A DNA stretch of 64,000 bases, taken from NCBI GenBank assembly GCA_963666595.2, contig CAXXSV010000002.1:149241-213240 (forward strand), given 5' to 3'. Positions 10,801 through 20,247 of the stretch are shown here, piece after piece. The first letter of the stretch is position 1; each line of letters opens with the position of its first letter. This DNA comes from Opitutales bacterium. GTDB lineage: Bacteria; Verrucomicrobiota; Verrucomicrobiia; Opitutales; CAXXNP01. A program made the position numbers and the translations under genes. The notes beneath the pieces are model-generated. The model saw only the letters and a list, made by a program, of their open reading frames with translations. It had not been told where the DNA came from and ran no database searches.

Positions 10801-11243
10801 AAATGAAGATGAATCCGGACGTCACGGTGCGCATGCGCGGTGTTATGGAAAAGTGCACCTACTGCCAGCAACGTATCGATCAGGCCAAGATCGCGCAAAA
10901 GGTAAAGGCCCGCGATTCTTCCGACATACTGGTGCCCGACGGGGCTATAAAAACAGCTTGCCAGCAGGTCTGCCCGACCAGCGCTATCGCTTTCGGAGAC
11001 ATACTAGATCCCACCACCGAAATTTCCAGAATCAAGGCATCCGACCGCAATTATTCGCTGCTCGGATACCTCAACACCCGTCCGCGCACCACTTACCTCG
11101 CCAAACTGCGCAATCCCAACAAGCGCATGCCCGATTATCACGATATGCCCCTAAGCAGGATGGAATACGAGGCCAGGGCCGGCCACGGATCAGGACACGG
11201 AGGGGAGCATCAACCTGATGCTTCCGAAAACGGCGGGCATTGA
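7899..11243 (+). CDS. actB: Alternative complex III ActB (molybdopterin-oxidoreductase-like domain plus Fe-S domain)
   Basis: YWRSL N-terminus, Tat motif NRRQFIK followed by LSGC, and C-terminal Fe-S motifs CIGCNACVVAC, CMHCENAPCEQVC, CVGTRYCANNC, CTYC...CQQVC. Confidence 0.95.
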   Translation: MKTNSHNSQKVVDEVVGPRYWRSLDELMETPGFEEFVQREFPQGASDMEGVNRRQFIKIMTASFALAGAGLSGCRQPVARIMPYSRQPDRIVPGVPVYYATSLPTAKDNIPLVVETHQARPTKIEGNHLYGAYGGSTDVFAQASVLDLYDPDRATADSRGTRSITRAEVNDLLQSVHDKYLSTDGQGLAFLVEESTSPTRARMQSELLEKFPRAVWAEYEPVDSNNPEIATKRLFGQRLRPQYQLRKTRRVLSLDTDFLHKEPGNLKYARDFADGRRFLHAGEAESDKMNRLYQVESALTVTGSMADHRLRMSTGQIPAFTALVAAEVLRQKHSDSALEGKFNKWGKGISVDQQWIEECVSDLINFEGEALVVCGSHLPVEVHQLVFFINDLIGANGRTVAYLELPEREAATISDLASEIEKGRVETLIIIGGNPAYNAPADLNWGQLQSSVKEVIRHGYHVDETSLLAIENKGHHIAATHFLESWSDGRAFDGTICAVQPMILPLFKGMQELELLGRLSGAANTDPYTLVFETFSILTDEADKEKAFNRFLNSGLLPDTAFKAVKVDPDRPLLKSTLATADFSSSIQKLNNLEVRIVPDNHTWDGRYNNNGWLQECPDPMTKLTWENAIQISPRLAKEIGFDPRTSTLLKVSAKSSSTFEGGFDVAPVAEITIDGVSLKGPVHIQPGLADYTVLLSIGYGRTKTGRVGKGAGFNVYPFLKVKAPAYSSGAVLSLTGETSYLANTQRHWSMEGRGIIREANVEDYQEHPDFAQKIGIESHSPPIFGTAKDKSLQFKVANQPRGGSAYEIPTFGGAQQWGMTIDLNTCIGCNACVVACQSENNIPIVGKEQVLRGREMQWIRLDRYYSSGDEEANRKEIPADPQVSLMPVNCMHCENAPCEQVCPVNATVHDDEGLNVMAYNRCVGTRYCANNCPYKVRRFNFFDWNKRDLDHLYEGPVGPAGMPELQKMKMNPDVTVRMRGVMEKCTYCQQRIDQAKIAQKVKARDSSDILVPDGAIKTACQQVCPTSAIAFGDILDPTTEISRIKASDRNYSLLGYLNTRPRTTYLAKLRNPNKRMPDYHDMPLSRMEYEARAGHGSGHGGEHQPDASENGGH

Positions 11244-11275
11244 TACCCTAAAATACTTTCAGAAAACCTTTATCA

Positions 11276-12694
11276 ATGGATTTAGCAGAACAGGTTACTA
11301 TTCAAAAGCCCGCTATTCTCGATCAGGTCCGGCCGGCTGAAATGCCCCGACGTCCACTGGTCGAAAACGACCGTAACCTGAACTGGATGACCGAGAAAGT
11401 CTGCGGAATCGTAGAGGAAAAGACACCGAAGTGGTGGTGGTATTGCTTCGGTTCGGCCTGTTTTGTAGCCATGTTCACCGTGGTCGGGCTCACCTACCTG
11501 GTGGCAACGGGAGTCGGAGTGTGGGGGTTGCGTAATCCTACCAACTGGGGATGGGCGATTGTGAACTTTGTGTTCTGGATCGGTATAGGCCACGCCGGCA
11601 CACTGATATCGGCCATCCTTTGTCTGCTAAAGCAGAAATGGCGTACCAGCATCAATCGTGCAGCCGAGGCCATGACGATTTTTGCCGTTGTCTGCGCGGG
11701 CCTGTTCCCCCTTTTCCATACAGGGAGGGTCTGGTTCGCATACTGGCTTTTCCCGCTGCCTTCAAGTCAGGGAAACTGGCCGAACTTCCGCAGTCCGCTG
11801 GAATGGGATGTTTTTGCGATTTCCACTTATCTCACCGTCTCATTGCTTTTTTGGTACATGGGGATGATACCCGACTTGGCCACAATCCGCGACCGGGCCA
11901 AGAGCAAGATACGAAAGTTTGCCTATGGCATATTAGCTATGGGATGGCGCGGCTCCAACCGCCATTGGAGCAACTACGAAATGGCCTATTTGATGCTCGC
12001 CGGATTGGCCACGCCGCTTGTGCTCTCAGTGCACACAATCGTCTCCTTCGATTTCGCAGTGGCTAATATACCCGGCTGGCATAGCACCATATTCCCCCCT
12101 TACTTTGTTGCAGGCGCCATATTCTCCGGATTCGGCATGGTGCTGACACTCGTGCTGCCATTGCGGGCCATCTACAAGCTGCACGACCTTATAACTCAAT
12201 ATCACATCGACTGCATATGCAAAATCACGCTGGCGACAGGCAGCATGGTAGGGTATGCATATCTGATCGAGTTCTTCATCGCCTGGTATGGAGCGAATCC
12301 CCTCGAAGGCTTCGCTTTCGTTAACCGGGCGTTTGGCCCTTACGCCTGGGCTTACTGGATCATGATTAGCTGCAACGTCATTATTCCGCAGCTATTCTGG
12401 TTTCGAAAAGTCAGGGAGAATACCGCGTTAGTGTGGATAGTTGCCATACTTGTAAATGTCGGAATGTGGTTCGAGCGATTTGTCATCATAGTGGGAACGT
12501 TGGCAAACGACTTCTTGCCTTCGTCATGGGACTACTTTTCACCAACCGTCGTAGACATCTTTACATTTGTCGGAACCTTTGGAGTGTTCTCCGCACTGTT
12601 TCTGTTGTTTATCCGGTTCATGCCCCTGATCGCCTTAGCCGAGGTGAAGGCCGTGAGTCCCCGGGGCGATCCCCACGGCTCTCATCATCAATAA
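11276..12694 (+). CDS. actC: Alternative complex III quinol-binding membrane subunit (NrfD/PsrC family)
   Basis: [47 protein letters not shown] motifs; multi-TM. Confidence 0.95.
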   Translation: MDLAEQVTIQKPAILDQVRPAEMPRRPLVENDRNLNWMTEKVCGIVEEKTPKWWWYCFGSACFVAMFTVVGLTYLVATGVGVWGLRNPTNWGWAIVNFVFWIGIGHAGTLISAILCLLKQKWRTSINRAAEAMTIFAVVCAGLFPLFHTGRVWFAYWLFPLPSSQGNWPNFRSPLEWDVFAISTYLTVSLLFWYMGMIPDLATIRDRAKSKIRKFAYGILAMGWRGSNRHWSNYEMAYLMLAGLATPLVLSVHTIVSFDFAVANIPGWHSTIFPPYFVAGAIFSGFGMVLTLVLPLRAIYKLHDLITQYHIDCICKITLATGSMVGYAYLIEFFIAWYGANPLEGFAFVNRAFGPYAWAYWIMISCNVIIPQLFWFRKVRENTALVWIVAILVNVGMWFERFVIIVGTLANDFLPSSWDYFSPTVVDIFTFVGTFGVFSALFLLFIRFMPLIALAEVKAVSPRGDPHGSHHQ

Positions 12695-12712
12695 CAAATC
12701 TTTTTAATCATC

Positions 12713-13246
12713 ATGTCAGAAAAACCATACGGACTGGCCGCCACCTTTGATTCGGCCCCGGCCATTTACCGGGCCGCAAAGCGAGTGCGCGACGCAGGCT
12801 ATAAAAACTGGGACGTATTTACGCCATTCCCGGTCCACGGGATGGACGAGGCAATGGGATTGTCACGCTCCCGGGTAGGAGCCTTTGTCCTGGTCGGCGG
12901 GGTGATCGGATTTTTCACAGGCATGTTGCTCGCCTGGTATATGGGTGCATACGACTTTCCGCTGATCGTCAGTGGCATGCCCTACTTCAGCCCGATATTC
13001 CCCTTTCCAATTGCATACGAACTGGCCATTTTGCTCGGCGCGTTCGGAGCCTTTTTCGGCATGTTTATAACCAATTTCCTGCCTCAGCACTATCATCCGA
13101 TCATGAACATGGATGGCTGGGAGCAAATAACCGACGATGCTTTCGCTCTTGTCATCGAGACCGGCGATCCGAACTACGATCCGGAAAGAACCAGGGCCTT
13201 ACTTGAGGAGATAGGGGCCGTAAAGATCAACGAAGTGGAATCGTAA
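12713..13246 (+). CDS. actD: Alternative complex III ActD (DUF3341-like)
   Basis: TPFPVHG motif, two TM helices, position after actC. Confidence 0.9.
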   Translation: MSEKPYGLAATFDSAPAIYRAAKRVRDAGYKNWDVFTPFPVHGMDEAMGLSRSRVGAFVLVGGVIGFFTGMLLAWYMGAYDFPLIVSGMPYFSPIFPFPIAYELAILLGAFGAFFGMFITNFLPQHYHPIMNMDGWEQITDDAFALVIETGDPNYDPERTRALLEEIGAVKINEVES

Positions 13247-13855
13247 ATGCGATATTTCATCACAATTTTTATATTCCTGATAGTGGCTACACTATCTATT
13301 GCCGGCCTGCGCGGCCGCAAGTCAGCCAAACCCCCGTTGGAGGTGTTTAATGACATGGATCGGCAATACAAATACCTGCCCCAAGCGGCCAGCCCTTTCT
13401 TTGCCGACGGGCGGGCCGACCGTCCCGTGGTCCCGGGTACGGTGCCGCTTGGTTCATTTCAGGAAGACACCTATTTTGCCACCGGCAAGGATGGGGATGA
13501 ATTCGGCCGGGACTTTCCCGTGTCGATCGACCACCAGTTGTTGGAACTCGGACGTGAGAAATACGACATTTTTTGCGCCGTCTGTCATGGAACTACTGGC
13601 GACGGCAATGGAATAACAAAAAGTTACGGCATGGTAGCTACTCCCACCTACCATGTCGACCGGTTGCGTGGATTGGCGGAGGGCGAAATTTTCGACATCA
13701 TTACCAATGGGAAAAACAACATGGGCCCATACGGTGCCAAGTTGAGCTACGAAGAACGCTGGGCGGTCATCGCCTACTTGCGAGCTCTGCAGTTGGCCCA
13801 AAACGCCACATCGGAGGATGTCCCTTCCGCGAGTCGAAAGGAACTAGGCCTATGA
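13247..13855 (+). CDS. actE: Alternative complex III monoheme cytochrome c ActE
   Basis: DMDRQYK..Q motif, CAVCH heme site, MGPY axial Met, RWAVIAYLRAL. Confidence 0.9.
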   Translation: MRYFITIFIFLIVATLSIAGLRGRKSAKPPLEVFNDMDRQYKYLPQAASPFFADGRADRPVVPGTVPLGSFQEDTYFATGKDGDEFGRDFPVSIDHQLLELGREKYDIFCAVCHGTTGDGNGITKSYGMVATPTYHVDRLRGLAEGEIFDIITNGKNNMGPYGAKLSYEERWAVIAYLRALQLAQNATSEDVPSASRKELGL

Positions 13856-15150
13856 GTTTGGAAGCACTATCAAATCCTGCGATTGCCGCAGAGTCCGGCG
13901 GCAAAAAGGATTACTCGAAACTTGCCTTGATAGTGGCGACAGTTGGTCTGGCGATTTCGGCTTTCGGGCTTTACTCAGGTTTGGACCAGGAAAATGTCCG
14001 TCCGTTTTTGGGCTGGTTGATTGCCTTCAGCTATTGGCTTTCGGTGGGCCTGGGCATGTTGTTCTTGATCATGCTTTTTTACCTGTTCGACTCCGGCTGG
14101 TCTGTCGTTCTGCGAAGACCTCTAGAACATGCCTTGGGCGGAATGAAGTGGTTGGGACTGATATTTCTGCCGCTACTTCTGGTAGGTGTTTTCGTCTCCG
14201 GCAACGGAGCAGTCCTCTGGAAATGGATGGACCCGGCTCATGTGCTAATTGGCGGAGGGACGGTAGCAGAGGATCCGCTTTACCAGGCCAAGGCCGCATT
14301 CCTGAACGTGCCGTTCTTTGTTCTGCGCTCAGTCATATATTTTGGAATCTGGATCGGGTTGGCCGCCGTTTTGCGCCACGCCTCATTCAGCATGGACAAG
14401 GATGGAGACACTCGCTGGACCAGTCGTTGCCGAAAATGGTCCGCATTCGGCGTAATAGCCTGTTCGATTACGGTTACCTTCGCTTCAGTCGACTGGTTCA
14501 TGAGCATTGAATATCACTGGTTTTCGACCATGTATGGAGTGTGGTTTTTTTCCGAGAGCATGCGGGCTGGATTAGCTGTGCTGGTAATAATATGTTGGTT
14601 TTTATCGACGCGAGGGGCGCTCAAAGGATTATACAAACCGTCCCATAATTACTTGCTCGGTTGCCTGATGCTGGCATTTACGGTTTTCTGGGCTTACATC
14701 GTATTTTGCCAATATTTCCTCATCTACAGCGCCAATATTCCGGAGGAAACATTTTGGTATAACATGCGCGAGCTGTCTGTGAGTGGAGAAAATATTAAGA
14801 GCAGTTGGTGGTGGGTTAGTATGGGGCTGATCTTCGGACATTTCTTTTTCCCATTCTTTTTCCTGCTGTGGTATAAAAATAAATTCGGCCTGCGCATAGT
14901 ATTTATCTCCGTCTGGATACTGGTATTCCATCTGCTCGACATTTATTGGAATATTCTTCCCGGCCTTTCCCCGGCCGAAAACCCGTTCGGTTACGACATC
15001 AGGCAATTCAGTATTTCCATCTGGGATATATCCGGATTGCTAGGCATCGGGGGCCTTCTGGTCTGGTCTTTTCTCAACGACGCTAAAAAAACGGCCTCCA
15101 TTCCACTGCGGGATCCGCGCATCATGGAGTCTCTTACGCATCATGAGTAA
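13852..15150 (+). CDS. actF: Alternative complex III membrane subunit ActF
   Basis: Multi-TM; DWFMS..HWFSTMYG and YSANIPEET motifs. ATG 13852 overlaps the actE stop (ATGA). Confidence 0.9.
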   Translation: MSLEALSNPAIAAESGGKKDYSKLALIVATVGLAISAFGLYSGLDQENVRPFLGWLIAFSYWLSVGLGMLFLIMLFYLFDSGWSVVLRRPLEHALGGMKWLGLIFLPLLLVGVFVSGNGAVLWKWMDPAHVLIGGGTVAEDPLYQAKAAFLNVPFFVLRSVIYFGIWIGLAAVLRHASFSMDKDGDTRWTSRCRKWSAFGVIACSITVTFASVDWFMSIEYHWFSTMYGVWFFSESMRAGLAVLVIICWFLSTRGALKGLYKPSHNYLLGCLMLAFTVFWAYIVFCQYFLIYSANIPEETFWYNMRELSVSGENIKSSWWWVSMGLIFGHFFFPFFFLLWYKNKFGLRIVFISVWILVFHLLDIYWNILPGLSPAENPFGYDIRQFSISIWDISGLLGIGGLLVWSFLNDAKKTASIPLRDPRIMESLTHHE

Positions 15151-15499
15151 CCCTCACGATACATCATCGAATAACCGCGATCCAGGTGGCTTCAAAGTCA
15201 TGGTTTCCGCCATTGGGTATATCGGGGTGATGTTGATTTTCATACTCATCGTTTACCTTTCTTACGTATCCAACCAGCCGCCTCCGATTGACGAGCAGAT
15301 AATCGATGAACGCCTGCAAACATTAGCTGAGGTGCGCGCCAATCAAAAAGAAGCGGCCGTCAATTACGGTTGGGTGGACCGCTCGAAGGGAATCGTGCGC
15401 ATCCCGATTGAGAGGGCCATGGAACTCACCGTGCGGAAGCTCGCCGCAGTTCAGGAGGAGACAGAAGTCTCCCGGGAAATTGACGAAGCAACACCATGA
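15143..15499 (+). CDS. Single-TM protein, ActG-like ACIII accessory subunit
   Basis: One TM helix and a YGWVD...RIPIERAM motif as recalled from ACIII-associated small subunits; overlaps both neighbours. Confidence 0.65.
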   Translation: MSNPHDTSSNNRDPGGFKVMVSAIGYIGVMLIFILIVYLSYVSNQPPPIDEQIIDERLQTLAEVRANQKEAAVNYGWVDRSKGIVRIPIERAMELTVRKLAAVQEETEVSREIDEATP

Positions 15500-16959
15500 G
15501 CGAGCAATCTCTTCAGTCAACGCCAACCAGCGATATCGACTGCTCGATAAAATGGCCGGCGCTGCACTTTTTGGTATGGGCTGTCATCTGGCTGTTGGTT
15601 GGGTCTGTCCTGAGCCTGATCTCCTACGTCAAGCTCACTAACCCGGCGTTTTTATCTTCGTGGGAGTGGTTGACCTACGGGCGGGTGCATCCCGCGGCAA
15701 TTAACGCCATGGTATACGGCTGGTCCTGCAACGCTGCTTTCGCCGTAGCCTTGTGGATAATGGCGCGGCTATGCCGTGCCGGCATAAGGGGCGCCGGATT
15801 GTTGTTAACGGCCGGATTGTTCTGGAATATCGCTGTAGCCGTCGGAATAGGAGGCATCATTTACGGAGACATGATTGCGGTCGAATTTCTTGAAATGCCG
15901 GCCTACGTCACGCCGCTGATGGTGTTGTCTTATTTAGCGATCAGCGTATGGGGAATCATCTCGTTTCGATACCGGCGGTGCGAACAAATCTACGTCTCAC
16001 AATTTTATATTCTGGCGGCATTTTTCTGGTTTCCGTGGCTTTACACCGTAGCGCAGATTATGATTGTATTTGCGCCTGCACGAGGCGTTGTGCAGTCGAT
16101 AGTCAGTGCCTGGTATTCGCACAACTTGATGTGGTTGTGGATAGCTCCAATTGGGCTGGCCGCCGCATATTACTTGATACCAAAGGTGCTGGGCCGCCCG
16201 ATTTATCAATACAAACTCGCAGTTACGGGGTTTTGGACCTTGGCATTGTTTTCCAGTTGGGCCGGCATGCGGCATCTCGCGGGAGGGCCGGTTCCGGCCT
16301 GGGTAATTTCCACAAGTATTGTCGCCGGTATTTTTGTAATCATTCCGGTCGTAATCATTGCGCTCAACTGCCATGTAACCGCCTTCGACAATTTCGACGG
16401 GGTTTTGCGAAATCCCGTATTGCGCTTTGTCGTATTCGGAATGGTCTCCTTTACCCTGGCCGGATTGATTGGGTCGATTACGGTATTGCGAACGGTTAAT
16501 GAAGTAATCCAATTTACATACTTCACGGCAGGCCAATCACAACTCTTCAGCTACGCCTTTTTCTCCATGGTCATGTTCGGGAGCATCTATTTTTTAATAC
16601 CCCGTCTGCTTGGTCGCGAATGGCCATCCGCTCGCCTTATCAATTGGCACTTTCGGGCTTGCTCGACGGGTATTGTGATAGCGATTGCGGCCCTTATGAT
16701 GGGAGGTTTGATACAGGGCTGGCAGATGAACGCCTTGGATGAAAGCGGCGCTCCCGTTTTCGAGTTTCTGAAAGTTGTGGGTTATACTGGCCCCTGGCTT
16801 AAGATTAAATTGGCGGGAGAGATTCTGCTTTTAGCCGGGCACCTCGCATTTGCCGTCAATTTTTCTCGGTTGTTGGCCGGACTGCTTATAAGCGAGATTG
16901 CCGATAAAATCCCGGACTGGATCGGACCTACATTCAATAAATCCCGAGAGGTATCATGA
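15496..16959 (+). CDS. cbb3-type oxidase subunit I (CcoN)-like protein, apparently catalytically degenerate
   Basis: About 12 TM; CcoN landmarks TYGR, WYSHN, YYLIPK...PIY and WAG are present, but most metal-ligand His are substituted (see findings). Confidence 0.85.
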   Translation: MSEQSLQSTPTSDIDCSIKWPALHFLVWAVIWLLVGSVLSLISYVKLTNPAFLSSWEWLTYGRVHPAAINAMVYGWSCNAAFAVALWIMARLCRAGIRGAGLLLTAGLFWNIAVAVGIGGIIYGDMIAVEFLEMPAYVTPLMVLSYLAISVWGIISFRYRRCEQIYVSQFYILAAFFWFPWLYTVAQIMIVFAPARGVVQSIVSAWYSHNLMWLWIAPIGLAAAYYLIPKVLGRPIYQYKLAVTGFWTLALFSSWAGMRHLAGGPVPAWVISTSIVAGIFVIIPVVIIALNCHVTAFDNFDGVLRNPVLRFVVFGMVSFTLAGLIGSITVLRTVNEVIQFTYFTAGQSQLFSYAFFSMVMFGSIYFLIPRLLGREWPSARLINWHFRACSTGIVIAIAALMMGGLIQGWQMNALDESGAPVFEFLKVVGYTGPWLKIKLAGEILLLAGHLAFAVNFSRLLAGLLISEIADKIPDWIGPTFNKSREVS

Positions 16960-17615
16960 AGAATTTTCCACTGTTTTTTTGCGGAATCTTTTTCACGCTG
17001 GCCTTCTCGTGGGCCGGGTTGGTGCTCATCGGCCATAACCAGCTAGGCTCTCTAACTACCACGACGGAAAGAATTGATGGCGAAACGGGAGGTCCGGTGA
17101 AGGGCAATCCGCTCTATCCGGTTTCTTCGGCAGGCATGGCCATGCAGGGAAAGCAAGTTTATATGAGTATGGGTTGTTTCAATTGCCATACTCAACAGGT
17201 GCGCCGACAAGGACTCGGCGCTGATTATGAAAGAGGATGGGGCGACCGCCAAACTGTGGCTCGCGATTACATACGGGAAGAGCGCGTACTATTGGGTAGC
17301 TATCGCATCGGCCCTGACCTGCGCGATGTTGGCAGTCGGCTTCCCGAATCCGAATGGCATCACCTGCATCTTTATAACCCCCAAATCACCTCCGAAGGCT
17401 CAATAATGCCGCCTTTTGGATTCCTTTATGAGACCCGAAAAATAAAGGAAGAAATCCCCTCTCCCAAAGCTTTGAACCTGCCCGAAGAATACTTGGCGCC
17501 GGAAGGTCACGAAGTCGTTCCCACACGTCGAGCTGAAGCTCTTGTGGCTTATTTAATGAGTCTGCGCCTCGATTACAGCCTGCCCGAAGCCCAACTCACC
17601 CAATCATCTCAATGA
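16956..17615 (+). CDS. cbb3-type oxidase subunit II (CcoO/FixO)-like monoheme cytochrome c
   Basis: N-terminal [26 protein letters not shown] axial Met. Confidence 0.85.
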   Translation: MKNFPLFFCGIFFTLAFSWAGLVLIGHNQLGSLTTTTERIDGETGGPVKGNPLYPVSSAGMAMQGKQVYMSMGCFNCHTQQVRRQGLGADYERGWGDRQTVARDYIREERVLLGSYRIGPDLRDVGSRLPESEWHHLHLYNPQITSEGSIMPPFGFLYETRKIKEEIPSPKALNLPEEYLAPEGHEVVPTRRAEALVAYLMSLRLDYSLPEAQLTQSSQ

Positions 17616-18289
17616 ACGATTTACCTTCATTTCCAACACCTCCGCGGCCGGATGACCCACAAGCGTCGAAAGGGACCGGGTTCGGCGATGCCGAAATGCA
17701 GGACGTCCACGCCCGGCTTCTGCGAGGAAAGGAAAGATCCACCGATCACATTTTGGAACTTTCCCTGGTCCTGGTATTGCTGAGCATTGGGATCATTGTT
17801 TCGGCGGAATACTTGATCGAAAATTCCGGTGGATTTGATCCCATGGTCTATGATGAGACCAAAAAGCAGGGTGGGGTGGTAATGATGGTAGAGCCGCCGT
17901 TCGATGCCGTGTTGGCCGGAGAGAACTTTTACAAGGCTAACTGCGTCGTCTGCCACCAGTCGAATGGCGGAGGGATTCCGGGCGCTTTTCCGCCATTAAC
18001 TGAATCAGAATGGGTGGCCGGCAGCGAGGACCGCCTCGCCAGTATTCTACTGAATGGTCTAAGCGGGCCGATTACTGTAAAAGGCGCTCAATACTTCAGC
18101 GTTATGCCCCCGTTAAATCAATTTTCCGACCGCGATCTTGCATCGGTTTTGACATTTGTGCGCCAGTCATTCGGCAACAACGCGGCCCCGGTCAGCGAAG
18201 AAAAGGTTGCTGAAATTCGCGCTCTATATAGTGACCGCCCCGCTCCGTGGTCACCGGAAGAACTCCTGAAGTTTTATCCAATTGAATAA
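17612..18289 (+). CDS. Membrane-anchored monoheme class I cytochrome c
   Basis: TM helix, [18 protein letters not shown] axial Met. Confidence 0.88.
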   Translation: MNDLPSFPTPPRPDDPQASKGTGFGDAEMQDVHARLLRGKERSTDHILELSLVLVLLSIGIIVSAEYLIENSGGFDPMVYDETKKQGGVVMMVEPPFDAVLAGENFYKANCVVCHQSNGGGIPGAFPPLTESEWVAGSEDRLASILLNGLSGPITVKGAQYFSVMPPLNQFSDRDLASVLTFVRQSFGNNAAPVSEEKVAEIRALYSDRPAPWSPEELLKFYPIE

Positions 18290-18316
18290 AGTTCAAAGGT
18301 TTAATAGTTCAAGGGT

Positions 18317-19321
18317 TTATTCTTCTTCGCCGAGTCGTTTGCCCGAAACCAGGTAGCTTTTTACGCAATCGGTGACTGCTTCGGCAAGTGGGGTGACCTG
18401 CTTCTCATACCCGGAAGACCGCAGTGTTGATATGTCGGCCTGGGTAAAATACTGGTATTTGGAGCGTAAGTTCTGAGGCATTTCGATGAAGTCGATTTCC
18501 TCAGGCTTTTCCATTGCGGCAAATATAGCTGATACCAGGCTTATCCAAGTGTTGGCTACGCCGCTGCCAATATTGAAAATACCAGCTGCGCCGGACTTTT
18601 CGGCCAGATGCATTGTCATAGCGACGGCGTCCTTGACATACAGGAAATCCCGCCGTTGTTCGCCGTCGCGGTAGTCGGGGTGATAACTTTTAAATAGACC
18701 TACGCGGCCCGTATCCCTGATTTGTTCACAGGCTTTGTGGACCAGGCTGCGCATATCACCCTTTTGGTATTCATTTGGTCCAAAAACATTGAAATACTTT
18801 AGACCCACGATGTGATCGAGCATTCCGTGCCGCCGTGCGAACAGGTCGAATAGGTGCTTGGAATAGCCATACATATTCAGGGGGCGCAATTTACCGAGTC
18901 CATCCTCGGCGTCGGACATGCCCCGCGAGCCGTCGCCGTAGGTAGCTGCCGAGGAGGCATAGACGAATCGCTTGCCCTTATCCAAAGCCCATAGCGCCAA
19001 TGTCCTGGTATACTCGTAGTTGTTCCGGATGAGGTAATGGCTGTCACGCTCGGTTGTATCCGAGCAGGCGCCGAGATGGAAGACGGCGGTGACATCGTCG
19101 TATTGCTCGGGGCGCGAATCGAGGTCCGATAGAAATTGGTCTGCGTCCTGAAAGTCGTCGAACTGAAGTGGTACGAGGTTTTTGAACTTGTCGTCTTCAC
19201 CCATGCGGTCGATTACAAGGATATTGTCGATGCCTCGCTCATTGAGCGCCCACACCAGGGAACTGCCGATGAACCCGGCTCCTCCGGTGACGACTATTTT
19301 GCCCTTCTCCAGGATGCTCAT
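18317..19321 (-). CDS. rfaD: ADP-L-glycero-D-manno-heptose 6-epimerase
   Basis: TGGAGFIGS, HLGACSDT, YASSAATYG, YGYSK, KYQYFTQAD. Confidence 0.93.
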   Translation of the reverse strand: MSILEKGKIVVTGGAGFIGSSLVWALNERGIDNILVIDRMGEDDKFKNLVPLQFDDFQDADQFLSDLDSRPEQYDDVTAVFHLGACSDTTERDSHYLIRNNYEYTRTLALWALDKGKRFVYASSAATYGDGSRGMSDAEDGLGKLRPLNMYGYSKHLFDLFARRHGMLDHIVGLKYFNVFGPNEYQKGDMRSLVHKACEQIRDTGRVGLFKSYHPDYRDGEQRRDFLYVKDAVAMTMHLAEKSGAAGIFNIGSGVANTWISLVSAIFAAMEKPEEIDFIEMPQNLRSKYQYFTQADISTLRSSGYEKQVTPLAEAVTDCVKSYLVSGKRLGEEE

Positions 19322-20124
19322 CAGGATTGTGCGAGTTCGATCGAGCGCTTCCTGGCCGCCTCAACGGCGTCTGCAAGAATGCGTCGGAATTCTTTTTCGC
19401 CCAAAACCTCTAGGGCCGCCATTGTGGTTCCACCGGATGAAGTGACCTGGTCGCGCAAGTTCTCCGGGCTTTCACCGGTGCGGGCAAGCAAACGGGCGGC
19501 GCCCAGAGTTGTTTCCAAGGCGAGCTTGTAAGCTACCTTTGGGTCCAGACCTGCAGCGATACCGCTGTCTCGCAGGGCGGCGACAAACTCGAACACATAC
19601 GCGGGGCCGCTGCCGCTAACCGCAGTTACGGCGTCAAGGTATTCCTCGTCCAGGGGGATTACATGGCCCATCGAGCCGAGGATTTTTTCAACGGCCTCCA
19701 TATCTTCGCTCTCGAGGGGATCGAGAGATGCGTAGCATGTGATACCGGCTCCAATCTGGCCGGGGGTATTGGGCATGGCCCGCACTATGTTCCCGGCCTT
19801 TGGAAATCTTTCATTGAGCTTATTAAGAGGAGTCCCGGCCAGAATGGAGATGATGAGTTTCCCGGCGGTCAATTCGGACACAGTCTGGTCGATGTCTTCC
19901 AACTGCTGGGGCTTGCAAGCGAGGACGACGATGGCTGGTTCCTGGAGCAGACTGCGAAGGTCAGTGCCATAACCTATGCTAGTGCTGTCAGCCAGGGCTT
20001 CACCTGTACCGTCCGGAGCACTGGTGCAGACAAGCTGATCCGGTGTATATAGTTTTTTGGCCAGGAGGCCGTTCACCATGGCTGACGCCATCCTACCGGC
20101 TCCGAGGAATGCAATATCGGTCAT
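19321..20124 (-). CDS. proC: Pyrroline-5-carboxylate reductase
   Basis: GAGRMA, RAMPNTP, SGSGPAY, VTSSGGTT. Confidence 0.95.
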   Translation of the reverse strand: MTDIAFLGAGRMASAMVNGLLAKKLYTPDQLVCTSAPDGTGEALADSTSIGYGTDLRSLLQEPAIVVLACKPQQLEDIDQTVSELTAGKLIISILAGTPLNKLNERFPKAGNIVRAMPNTPGQIGAGITCYASLDPLESEDMEAVEKILGSMGHVIPLDEEYLDAVTAVSGSGPAYVFEFVAALRDSGIAAGLDPKVAYKLALETTLGAARLLARTGESPENLRDQVTSSGGTTMAALEVLGEKEFRRILADAVEAARKRSIELAQS

Positions 20125-20247
20125 AAATTCAATAATTTATGTATCCTGAGCCGAAAATCGAGCAAATCTTAAATTTGCCCACCGCAATTCCGATCGGGCT
20201 CCCGTGCTCACTCCGCAGCTAATCGTGGTTGCGGATGCCGTAGTCGA

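Noticed and set aside
11180-15150. His-rich C-terminal tails on ActB, ActC and ActF
   Set aside because: Short His-rich tails are common on respiratory membrane subunits; nothing here supports a distinct function.
15496-16959. Calling this gene a functional ccoN, a norB or a pseudogene
   Set aside because: Metal ligands are missing, so it is not a functional oxidase or NO reductase; the frame is full-length and coupled to its neighbours, so there is no sign of pseudogenisation.
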